The position numbers and the translations under genes are program-made. A stretch of 64,000 nucleotides of DNA from an uncultured Actinomycetota bacterium (GTDB lineage Bacteria > Actinomycetota > Actinomycetes > Mycobacteriales > Jatrophihabitantaceae): the NCBI GenBank assembly GCA_963796905.1, contig CAWCNK010000008.1:225298-289297 (forward strand), written 5' to 3'. Numbering within the stretch: the first letter of the stretch is position 1; each line of letters starts with the position of its first letter. This document shows, one piece after another, positions 25,986 to 34,750 of the stretch. The notes under the pieces were generated by a model that worked only from the letters and a program-made list of their open reading frames with translations, had not been told where the DNA came from and searched no databases.

Positions 25986-27737
25986 CTACTTCCGGACGAC
26001 CCCCAGGGCGTTCACGATGCCGGCGCCGTAGAAGCCGTTGAAGGCCGACGTCCCGACGCAGGTGGCGTCGTACTCGGCGGTGCGGCCCTCCTGGATGTAG
26101 GACTGCACGCCACCCGCCGGGCAGGCGTGGTCGGTGGCGGTCCGGGCCATCAGCGCGGCCACCGCGTCCGGGGACATGGTCAGGCCACGGGACGAGCTGC
26201 GGTCCTTGTGGCCGTGCGCGCTGACCGCGAGGGCGGCGACACCGGTAGCGTGCGGCGAGGCCATCGAGGTGCCCTGCAGGTACTGGTAGTAGCCGCACTG
26301 GCCGTGTGAGTTGCAGGCCTTCGTCACGCCCAGGTCGGCGCCGGCCGGCGTGATGTTGCCGGCGGCGTCGACGTAGCCCTTCTCCACCATCACGTGGGCG
26401 GGCGCGGTGGACAGGATCTCGTTCTCGTTGGTGCGGTAGGTCGGGGTGCCGAAGCCGTCGCGGAACCAGCCGCCCGGAGCGGCGAACTCCACCTCACCGC
26501 CGGACAGGTCGGTGGTGTAGTTGGAGTAGTCGGCCTTCTTGCCCGACGGGCCGAGGGCGTTGATGCCCAGCACGTGCGGTCCCTCGGCCGGCAGGTTGAG
26601 GCAGGTCGCGTTGTTGATGGTGCGCAGGTACGGGTCAGAGCCGTAGTCCGGGCTGGAGGTGTCCGGGCGCGGGTGCGACATGTCGTCGTGGTTGTTGCCG
26701 GTCGAGTTCACCAGCGTGACGTTGTGGTCGTGGGCGTAGTTGAGCGCCCGGGTCATCGCCGCGATGGTGAGGGCCTGGTCAGCGGCGGCCGACGAGCTGT
26801 CCTCCGGTGCCCCGCCGGCGCAGTTGTAGAGCCACGGGTCGAGGTAGAAGGACATGTTCACCACGTCGATGCCGCTGTCGGCGGCGTAGGTGAGGGCCAT
26901 GGTGACCGGGCCGAGGAAGAAGTAGCCCGAGTCCTGCCCGCCCCGGATGTTGACCAGGGTGACGTTGGGTGCCACGCCGGTCAGGCCGAAGCCGTTGGCG
27001 GCGGCGGCGATGGTGCCGGCGACGTGGGTGCCGTGCTCGTTGTCGTCCCAGTTTGCCGGGTCGACGCAGCCGGCGAACTCGCACGGGCCGTCGATGTCGG
27101 GCAGGTCGGTGACGAAGTTGCGCGACAGGGAGTTGCTGAAGTTGGCGGCCAGGTCGGGGTGGCTGCCGTCGATCCCGGTGTCGAGGACGCCGACGGTGAC
27201 CCGGCGGTCACCTGCGTTGATCTTGTGGGCGGCCGGGGCGTTGATCATGTCCATGCCCCACAGCAGGCTGTCCAGCGGATCGCCGTGCTTGACCTTCTTG
27301 CCGCCCGACTTGCCGGCCGAGGACGCGCCGCCCTTGCCGGCCTTGCCCGCGGCGGCGGCCAGTTGGGCCTCCTTCTCAACCGCGTTCGGTGCCGCGACGA
27401 GGGTCGGGGCGTAGCCGATCGAGCGGTTGTGCCCGACGCCGGCCACGCCGGCCAGGCTGCGGGTGCGCGTGGCGAAGGCGGTGTCGGTCGAGGTGGCGAC
27501 CACCAGCCCGATGGCCTGGTTGACCGAGCTGACCGTCGCCCCGCCGGCCTGCAGCTGGCGGGCCAGCGCCTCGGCGGAGCCGCCGGACTTGGCGAGCACC
27601 AGGTAGGACGTCGCGGCGCCCTGGGTGGAGGTTTGGGTGGTGGCGCCCGAGGTCGCGGCGCCCGCGGTAGAGATCGCTAGTGCGGGTACGGTCAGAGCTG
27701 CGGCGGCTGCCGCAACGACGATCCGTGATCTGCGCAT
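25986..27737 (-). CDS. Secreted S8 (subtilisin-like) serine peptidase with propeptide
   Basis: 583 aa. AAGGAG lies upstream and a signal peptide is present. Catalytic contexts are VGVLDTGID (Asp), HGTHVAGTIAA (His) and GTSMASPHATG (Ser). Confidence 0.9.
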   Translation of the reverse strand: MRRSRIVVAAAAAALTVPALAISTAGAATSGATTQTSTQGAATSYLVLAKSGGSAEALARQLQAGGATVSSVNQAIGLVVATSTDTAFATRTRSLAGVAGVGHNRSIGYAPTLVAAPNAVEKEAQLAAAAGKAGKGGASSAGKSGGKKVKHGDPLDSLLWGMDMINAPAAHKINAGDRRVTVGVLDTGIDGSHPDLAANFSNSLSRNFVTDLPDIDGPCEFAGCVDPANWDDNEHGTHVAGTIAAAANGFGLTGVAPNVTLVNIRGGQDSGYFFLGPVTMALTYAADSGIDVVNMSFYLDPWLYNCAGGAPEDSSSAAADQALTIAAMTRALNYAHDHNVTLVNSTGNNHDDMSHPRPDTSSPDYGSDPYLRTINNATCLNLPAEGPHVLGINALGPSGKKADYSNYTTDLSGGEVEFAAPGGWFRDGFGTPTYRTNENEILSTAPAHVMVEKGYVDAAGNITPAGADLGVTKACNSHGQCGYYQYLQGTSMASPHATGVAALAVSAHGHKDRSSSRGLTMSPDAVAALMARTATDHACPAGGVQSYIQEGRTAEYDATCVGTSAFNGFYGAGIVNALGVVRK

Positions 27738-27927
27738 GAAGGGTTGGCTCCTTCGTAGGGGGTGGCGCGCGAAGCGCCTGGATGGCCGTCACCCTAGGCA
27801 TCAGATGTGAAAATGTGAATCCCCGACTTGTCTGCGACGCCCGGTAGCCTGCTGTCTACAACCGATCGTGCCGGTTCGTGCTGTGCTCGACCGGGTCCGG
27901 ACCACGCCGAGCAGGGAGGGGGTCGCC

Positions 27928-28674
27928 GTGCGAGTCGCCCTGTTCGCCACCTGCCTGGTGGACGGCCTGTTCCCCGATGTCGGCCGGGCGACGGTGCGGC
28001 TGCTGCGCCGGCTCGGCCACGAGGTGGTCTTTCCCGACCAGCAGTCCTGCTGTGGGCAGATGCACCTCAACACCGGCTACCCGGCACAGGCGCTGCCGCT
28101 GATCCGCCGGCACGCTCGGGTGTTCCGGGGCTACGACGCGATCGTGGCGCCCAGCGGGTCGTGCACCGGCGCGATCCGCCACCAGCACGCCGACACCGCC
28201 CGCCGGTTCGGCGAGGACAAGCTGGCCGACGCCGCCGAGGCGATCGCGGCCCGGACCTACGAGCTGTCGGAGTTCCTGGTCGACGTCGCCGGCGTCACCG
28301 ACGTCGGGGCGTACTTCCCGCACCGGGTGACCTACCACCCCACCTGCCACTCGCTGCGGCTGCTGCGGGTCGGCGCCAAGCCGCTGACCCTGCTGCGGGC
28401 CGTGGATGGCCTCGAGCTGGCGGAGCTGCCGGCCGCCGAGTCCTGCTGCGGGTTCGGTGGCACCTTCGCCCTGAAGAACAGCGCCGTCTCGCAGGCCATG
28501 CTGGCCGACAAGGTCGCCGCGGTGGCCGCCACCGGCGCGGGGGTCTGCTCGGCCGGCGACTCGTCCTGCCTGATGCACATCGGTGGCGGGCTGTCCCGGC
28601 TGCACGTCGGCGCCCGCACCCTGCACCTGGCCGAGATCCTGGCCAGCACCCGCGACGAACCGGTGCGTCTGTGA
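27928..28674 (+). CDS. lutA: Lactate utilization protein A, (Fe-S)-binding CCG-domain oxidoreductase
   Basis: GTG at 27928 follows GGGAGGGGG. Sequence starts VRVALFATCLVD, with two CCG motifs (QQSCCGQMH, AESCCGFGG). Confidence 0.85.
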   Translation: MRVALFATCLVDGLFPDVGRATVRLLRRLGHEVVFPDQQSCCGQMHLNTGYPAQALPLIRRHARVFRGYDAIVAPSGSCTGAIRHQHADTARRFGEDKLADAAEAIAARTYELSEFLVDVAGVTDVGAYFPHRVTYHPTCHSLRLLRVGAKPLTLLRAVDGLELAELPAAESCCGFGGTFALKNSAVSQAMLADKVAAVAATGAGVCSAGDSSCLMHIGGGLSRLHVGARTLHLAEILASTRDEPVRL

Positions 28675-30139
28675 CCTATCTGGGCATGCCGACCGCCCCG
28701 CCGGGCGTCGGGCAACTGCGTGGCAGCGAGCCGTTCCCGGCCGCCGCCGAGACCGCGCTGGCCAATGCCCAGTTGCGCCGCAACCTGGCCAACGCCACCA
28801 GCCACATCCGTGCCAAGCGGGCCGCGGTGGTCGGCGAGGTGCCCGACTGGCAGCAGCTGCGGGCCGCGGCCGCCGCCATCAAGGACGACGTGCTGGCCCA
28901 CCTGGACGACTACCTGGTGCAGCTGGAGGCCCGGGTCACCGAGCGCGGCGGGGTGGTGCACTGGGCCCGGGACGCCCGCGAGGCGAACCGGATCGTCACC
29001 GAGCTGGTGGCCGCCACCGGCTCGCGCGAGGTGGTCAAGGTCAAGTCGATGGCCACCCAGGAGATCGGGCTGAACGACGCGCTGGCCGAGGCCGGCATCA
29101 CGGCCTTCGAGACCGACCTCGCCGAGCTGATCGTGCAGCTGGGCGACGACCGGCCCAGCCACATCCTGGTGCCCGCCATCCACCGCAACCGGACCGAGAT
29201 CCGCGACATCTTCCTGGCCGAGATGGCCGGCGTCGAGCCCGGCCTGACCGACGACCCGCCCGCACTGGCCGAGGCCGCCCGCCGCTACCTGCGGCAGAAG
29301 TTCCTCAGCGCCCAGGTCGCCATCAGCGGCGCCAACTTCGCCATCGCCGAGACCGGCACGCTGACCGTGGTCGAGTCCGAGGGCAACGGCCGGATGTGCC
29401 TGACGCTGCCCCGCACGCTGATCACCGTGATGGGTATCGAGAAGCTGCTGCCCCGCTTCGGTGACCTGGAGGTGTTCCTGCAGTTGCTGCCGCGCTCGTC
29501 CACCGGCGAGCGGATGAACCCCTACACCTCGATGTGGACCGGCGTGCATCCCGGCGACGGCCCGCAGGAGTTTCACCTGGTGCTGCTGGACAACGGCCGG
29601 ACCGCCACGCTGGCCGACCGGCGCGGCCGGGCGGCGCTGCGCTGCATCCGGTGCTCGGCCTGCCTCAACGTCTGCCCGGTCTACGAGCGCACCGGCGGGC
29701 ACGCCTACGGCTCGGTCTATCCCGGCCCGATCGGCGCGGTGCTCTCGCCCCAGCTGACCGGGGTGGCCGACAACGCCAGCCTGCCGTTCGCCTCCACGCT
29801 GTGCGGGGCCTGCTACGACGTCTGCCCGGTCGCCATCGACATCCCGTCGATGCTGGTGCACCTGCGGTCGCGGGTGAACGAGGACAAGGCGGCCGGCCAC
29901 CGGCTGCCTACCGTCGAGGCGGCCGGCATGTCGGCGGCGTCCTGGGCGATGCGCGGCCCGCGCCGCTGGCGCTGGTTGCTGCGCGCCGCCCGGCTGGGCC
30001 GGTGGGCCCGGGTGGACCGGCTGTCGAAGTCCCGCTGGGGACGCCGGCTGCTGCCGCCGCCGCTGTCGTCCTGGGTCGCCGCCCGGGACCTGCCGGAGCC
30101 GCCGGCGAAGACCTTCCGCGACTGGTGGGTCGAGCAGCG

Positions 30140-30143
<4 letters not shown>
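28671..30143 (+). CDS. lutB: Lactate utilization protein B (LutB, 4Fe-4S ferredoxin-type)
   Basis: The GTG overlaps the lutA stop (GTGA). The LUD-type N-domain is followed by CIRCSACLNVCPVY and CGACYDVCPV cluster motifs. The first 281 codons of the 771-aa track ORF are junk. Confidence 0.9.
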
Positions 30144-30934
<791 letters not shown>

Positions 30935-31064
30935 GCCGGTGGGGCCGGTAGCTGACCGGTCGGTGTGCTTGTCGAAGCGTGCCCTGTGGGTTGTGGTGTC
31001 TGCAGGGGCATCTCTAGGCTGCTGGCGGTAACCGCCCCCGTACCTCCCCCGTGAAGGACTGACG

Positions 31065-31385
31065 ATGATCCGCGTCTGCGCGCTCGCTGACCTGCCGCCC
31101 GGTGAGATGCGACGGCTCAAGCTCAAGCCGCCGATCGCCGTGGTGCACACCGACGACGGCGAGCTGTTCGCCGTCGACGACACCTGCACCCACCAGAAGG
31201 CGTCGCTGTCCGAGGGTTGGCTGGAGGGCTGCTTCGTGCAGTGCCCGCTGCACGGCGCCCAGTTCGACCTGCGGACCGGCGAACCGGACGACGGCATGGC
31301 CGACCGGCCGCTGCGCACCCACCAGGTCAGCGTGGTGGACGGCGACATCTACCTCACCAGCGCGGACTCCGAACTCGCCTCGTGA
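31065..31385 (+). CDS. Rieske [2Fe-2S] ferredoxin component
   Basis: 106 aa. The Rieske ligands are CTHQKASL...CPLHGAQF. Confidence 0.9.
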   Translation: MIRVCALADLPPGEMRRLKLKPPIAVVHTDDGELFAVDDTCTHQKASLSEGWLEGCFVQCPLHGAQFDLRTGEPDDGMADRPLRTHQVSVVDGDIYLTSADSELAS

Positions 31386-32548
31386 GGCGGATCGCCGTCG
31401 TCGGCGGGTCGCTGGCGGGCGTGTCCGCCGCCCGGGCGCTGCGCAAGCAGGGCTACGACGGCGAGCTGGTGATCGTCGGCGACGAGGCCGAAGCGCCGTA
31501 TGACCGGCCGCCACTGTCGAAGGCGCTGCTGGCGGGCGAGGCGGAGGAGTCCGAGATCGCGCTGCTGCGCGACGGCGAGACCTTCGACGCCGACTGGCGG
31601 CTCGGGGTCGGCGCCACCGGGCTGCGGCCGGCCGATCGCAGCGTGTCGCTGTCCGACGGCACCGACCTGACGGTGGACGCGGTGGTGCTGGCCACCGGCG
31701 CCCGCCCGCGGCAGCCGTGGCCGCAGCCGCCGGCCGGGGTGCAGACGCTGCGCACCCTGGCCGACGCCCGGGCCCTGCGGCAGCGCCTGCTTCCCGGTGC
31801 CCGGCTGGTGGTGGTCGGGGCCGGCTTCATCGGCGCCGAGGTGGCCTCCACCGCGCGCGGGCTGGGGGTGGACGTCACCGTCGTGGAAGCCCTGCCCACC
31901 CCGATGACCGCCGTGCTGGGCGAGGAGTTCGGCGCGGTCATCGCGGGCCTGCACGCCGCGCACGGCGTCCGGCTGCTGTGCGGGATCGGTGTCAGCCGGC
32001 TGATCGGCCAGCAGCAGGTCGAGGGTGTCGAGCTCGCCGACGGGCGGTCGATCCCGGCCGACGTGGTGCTGGTCGGGGTCGGCGTCCAGCCCAACGTGGA
32101 ATGGCTGGCCGGCTCCGGACTGGAGGTTGCCGGCGGGGTGCGCTGCGACGCCTACGGCCAGACCGCCATTCCGCAGGTGGTCGCGGTCGGTGACTGCGCC
32201 AGCTGGTATTCCCCTGAGTTGGGCGGCTATTCCCGGCTCGAACACTGGACCGCCGCCCGCGATCGGCCGCCGATCGCGATCAGCGCGTTGCTGTCCGGCG
32301 GGCGCGATCAGATCGCGGACAAGCCGCCGTACGTCTGGTCCGACCAGTACGGCCGGACCCTGCAGCTCGCCGGGCATCCTGGTGTCGCCGACTCGGTCGC
32401 CATCGAGGAGGGCTCGGTGGCCGACCTGGACTTCCTGGCGGTCTACCGGCGTGGCGAGCGCCCGGTGGCGGTGCTCGCCCTCGGGCAGGCGCGGGCCTTC
32501 ATGCGCCAGCGCAAGCAACTGGTCACCGGGCCGGCCGGCCAGCGCTGA
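31382..32548 (+). CDS. FAD-dependent ferredoxin-NAD(P)+ reductase (pyridine nucleotide-disulfide oxidoreductase family)
   Basis: The GTG overlaps the Rieske stop (GTGA). Sequence: RIAVVGGSLAGVSAA...YDRPPLSK...LVVVGAGFIGAEVA...AVGDCA. Confidence 0.9.
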   Translation: MRRIAVVGGSLAGVSAARALRKQGYDGELVIVGDEAEAPYDRPPLSKALLAGEAEESEIALLRDGETFDADWRLGVGATGLRPADRSVSLSDGTDLTVDAVVLATGARPRQPWPQPPAGVQTLRTLADARALRQRLLPGARLVVVGAGFIGAEVASTARGLGVDVTVVEALPTPMTAVLGEEFGAVIAGLHAAHGVRLLCGIGVSRLIGQQQVEGVELADGRSIPADVVLVGVGVQPNVEWLAGSGLEVAGGVRCDAYGQTAIPQVVAVGDCASWYSPELGGYSRLEHWTAARDRPPIAISALLSGGRDQIADKPPYVWSDQYGRTLQLAGHPGVADSVAIEEGSVADLDFLAVYRRGERPVAVLALGQARAFMRQRKQLVTGPAGQR

Positions 32549-32783
32549 CGCCTGCCGGGAGTTTCCCGGCAGCCCGGCAGGGTGTTCGTGGCCTCACCCT
32601 GCAACGGGCCGGGCCACCGGCCTCGGCTGCGGGCCTCAGCGGGCGCTTCGGCCGTCGACTGGCGTCCGGCGAAGGTAGGCAGCCGGTGAGAAGTGACTGC
32701 GGCCACACCGATGCCACCCTTGCTGATGTCGTCACCGGCCGCCCGACATCTGGGCGGCCGGTTTGAGCAACAGGAGGCGACGA

Positions 32784-33635
32784 ATGCCCAACCGCAGTCT
32801 GTACCAGGTCCTGGCCACCGCCCGGTGGCACGGTGCGCCGGCGCTGATGGTCGACGTCAAGTGCCGATCACCCCGAGACGGCGAGCTGATCTCGGCCGAG
32901 CGGCTGGAGCCCTACGTCCGGTCGCTGGTCGACGGCGGGGTCGACGCGCTGTCCACCCCGACCGATCCGGTCTACTTCGACGGCAGCATCTCCACGGCCC
33001 GCCAGATCCGGGCGCTGTCCGAGGTTCCCCTGATGCGCAAGGAGTTCTTCAGCACCGTCGAGCAGATGGACGAGTCCGCCGAGGCCGGCTTCGACGCGGT
33101 GCAGCTGTCGCTGAGCAGCTTCGTCGACCCGGCGCTGTTCACCGCCCAGCAGGCCCGGGCCGAGCAGCTCGGCCTCGAGGTGGTGGTCAGCGTGCCGGAC
33201 GCCCTGCAGCTGGAACGGGCTGTCGCACTCGGGGCAATCGCGATCAGCATCAACTGCCGCGGGCTCGCCGCGCTGCGGCTGGAGAGCCGCAACACCGGCT
33301 ACGGCCAGGTGCTGGCCAGCCTGGTGCCCCGGCACGTCTGGGTGGTGCTGGAGAGCACGGTCAGCTGCCGGGCCGACATCGATGCCGCCGCCCGGGCCGG
33401 TGCGGACGGCGTGCTGATGGGCACCACGGTCGCCAAGAGCACCGATCCGGCCGGGCTGCTGCGCTCGCTGCGACCGCCGCTCGCGCCGCCCGCGTCCGGT
33501 GCCCGAACCGGCGGCCCACCGGCCGTCGCGCTGCACCCGGTGCCCGACCCGGTGACGCCGGTTGTCGAACTGCACCCTGCGGCCGAACCGGAGCCGCTGC
33601 TGCCGCCGGAACCGCCCCTTCCCATCAGCGCCTGA
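32784..33635 (+). CDS. Indole-3-glycerol-phosphate-synthase-like TIM-barrel protein (divergent TrpC paralogue) with Pro-rich tail
   Basis: ATG at 32784 lies 6 nt after AGGAGG. TrpC-like landmarks are LMVDVKCRSPRDGELIS, PLMRKEFF, ISINCRGL, LESTVS and VLMGTTV. The roughly 60-aa C-terminal tail is Pro/Ala-rich. Confidence 0.6.
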   Translation: MPNRSLYQVLATARWHGAPALMVDVKCRSPRDGELISAERLEPYVRSLVDGGVDALSTPTDPVYFDGSISTARQIRALSEVPLMRKEFFSTVEQMDESAEAGFDAVQLSLSSFVDPALFTAQQARAEQLGLEVVVSVPDALQLERAVALGAIAISINCRGLAALRLESRNTGYGQVLASLVPRHVWVVLESTVSCRADIDAAARAGADGVLMGTTVAKSTDPAGLLRSLRPPLAPPASGARTGGPPAVALHPVPDPVTPVVELHPAAEPEPLLPPEPPLPISA

Positions 33636-33677
33636 GCCGATCAGCGCCCGAGCCGGGCCGAGGAGCCGGCCGGGCTG

Positions 33678-33881
33678 TCAGGCCGGGTCCAGCGAGGACT
33701 CCTTGTGCGCCGCCCGTGCCCCGGATTTGGCCGACTCGACGATCCAGTACGGCTCGTCCGGCGAGGCGTTGAACTTCTGCCCGTCATGGGTGAACGGCGT
33801 GGTCCGCTTCTGCACGGTGTGCCCGTGCGTCCTGCCCTGCGAGGTGTTCCAGCTGACCTGGTCGCCGGTGCTGAGTGCCAT
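33678..33881 (-). CDS. DUF2945 / hypervirulence-associated Tudor-like small protein
   Basis: 67 aa from ATG at 33881: MALSTGDQVSWNTSQGRTHGHTVQKRTTPFTHDGQKFNASPDEPYWIVESAKSGARAAHKESSL. Confidence 0.6.
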   Translation of the reverse strand: MALSTGDQVSWNTSQGRTHGHTVQKRTTPFTHDGQKFNASPDEPYWIVESAKSGARAAHKESSLDPA

Positions 33882-33954
33882 CGACCCACCGTACAAGCCA
33901 CCGCGCCCGGGACGTGCCGCGCCGGCGGCGGACCGGGGTGAGACAGTGACTCCC

Positions 33955-34242
33955 ATGACGCAACTACCCGCCTGGTCCCACCAGGGAACCGTGCCGTTGA
34001 CCGGCGACCTGTCCGTCCTCGAAGCAGCACTGCACTCCGGGCGGGTGGCCGCCGCCGAGCGCGGCTATACCACCGAGCCGCAGATCGAGACCGAGGAGGC
34101 GATGCTCAGCCGGCCGGACGGCGACCCGGAGTCCGACCTGCTGACCGCGGCACAGGCGGAATCCGCCGGAGTGGAGTTCAGTCCCACGTTGCTGCGGTAC
34201 CGGATGGAGTGGCCGGCGCAGGCCGAGGGTGCCGGGCGCTGA
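33955..34242 (+). CDS. Hypothetical protein (95 aa)
   Basis: High GC3 in this frame (MTQLPAWSHQGTVPLTGDLSVLEAALHSGRVAAAERGY...). I recognised no family. The start is uncertain (alternative GTG at 33946). Confidence 0.35.
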   Translation: MTQLPAWSHQGTVPLTGDLSVLEAALHSGRVAAAERGYTTEPQIETEEAMLSRPDGDPESDLLTAAQAESAGVEFSPTLLRYRMEWPAQAEGAGR

Positions 34243-34252
34243 TCGGCCGGGC

Positions 34253-34750
34253 TTAGAGGCCGTTGCCGGTGGATGACCGCCGCTTCGACCTCGGGTTGTG
34301 CTTCTGCTTCTTCTTCGGGCGCTTGTCCTCCTCAGAGCCCGAGTCCGACTCGGACTCCTCGTCGGACTCGGACTCGTAGACGCCCTCCTTGCCGACACTG
34401 GCCCGGTCGGCCAGGTCGGTCAGCTCGTAGCCGGCGATCCCGCTGTCGGCGAAGGCCTTGGGATAGTCCTGCTCGGCCGTCTGTAGGACCTTGCGCACGG
34501 TCCGCTCAGCCAGGTCGGTGTCGGCCTCGCCCACATCGCACAGCGCGAGGATGTGGCGTACCAGGTCATCCGGCGAGAACATCCGCTCGCCCCGCTGGTA
34601 GGCGGCAAGCTCGACCCGGTGGTGGGATTCGGCCTTGCCGCCGGTGTCGGCCGCGTCCAGCACGGCGCTGTCCGGCGCGTCGGTGATCTCCTCCAGCATC
34701 GCGACGATGGCGTCCTGGAGTTCGACCAGCGGCATGCTGGCCGCCGGCAA
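34253..34750 (-). CDS. Hypothetical protein with acidic Ser/Glu tract and basic C-terminal tail
   Basis: Good GC3 throughout. Possible starts are TTG at 34750 (GGGGGAG 9 nt upstream) or ATG at 34735. The protein ends ...VYESESDEESESDSGSEEDKRPKKKQKHNPRSKRRSSTGNGL. Its first ~60 codons overlap the tail of the upstream giant ORF. Confidence 0.5.
   Translation of the reverse strand: MPAASMPLVELQDAIVAMLEEITDAPDSAVLDAADTGGKAESHHRVELAAYQRGERMFSPDDLVRHILALCDVGEADTDLAERTVRKVLQTAEQDYPKAFADSGIAGYELTDLADRASVGKEGVYESESDEESESDSGSEEDKRPKKKQKHNPRSKRRSSTGNGL

Noticed and set aside
27738-27927. GntR/FadR-type operator candidates (TTGTCTGCGAC, TGTCTACAA) and a TGTGAA-N2-TGTGAA repeat upstream of lutA.
   Set aside because: The matches are short and degenerate. 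No LutR-type regulator is encoded nearby to support them, so they are not reported as features.
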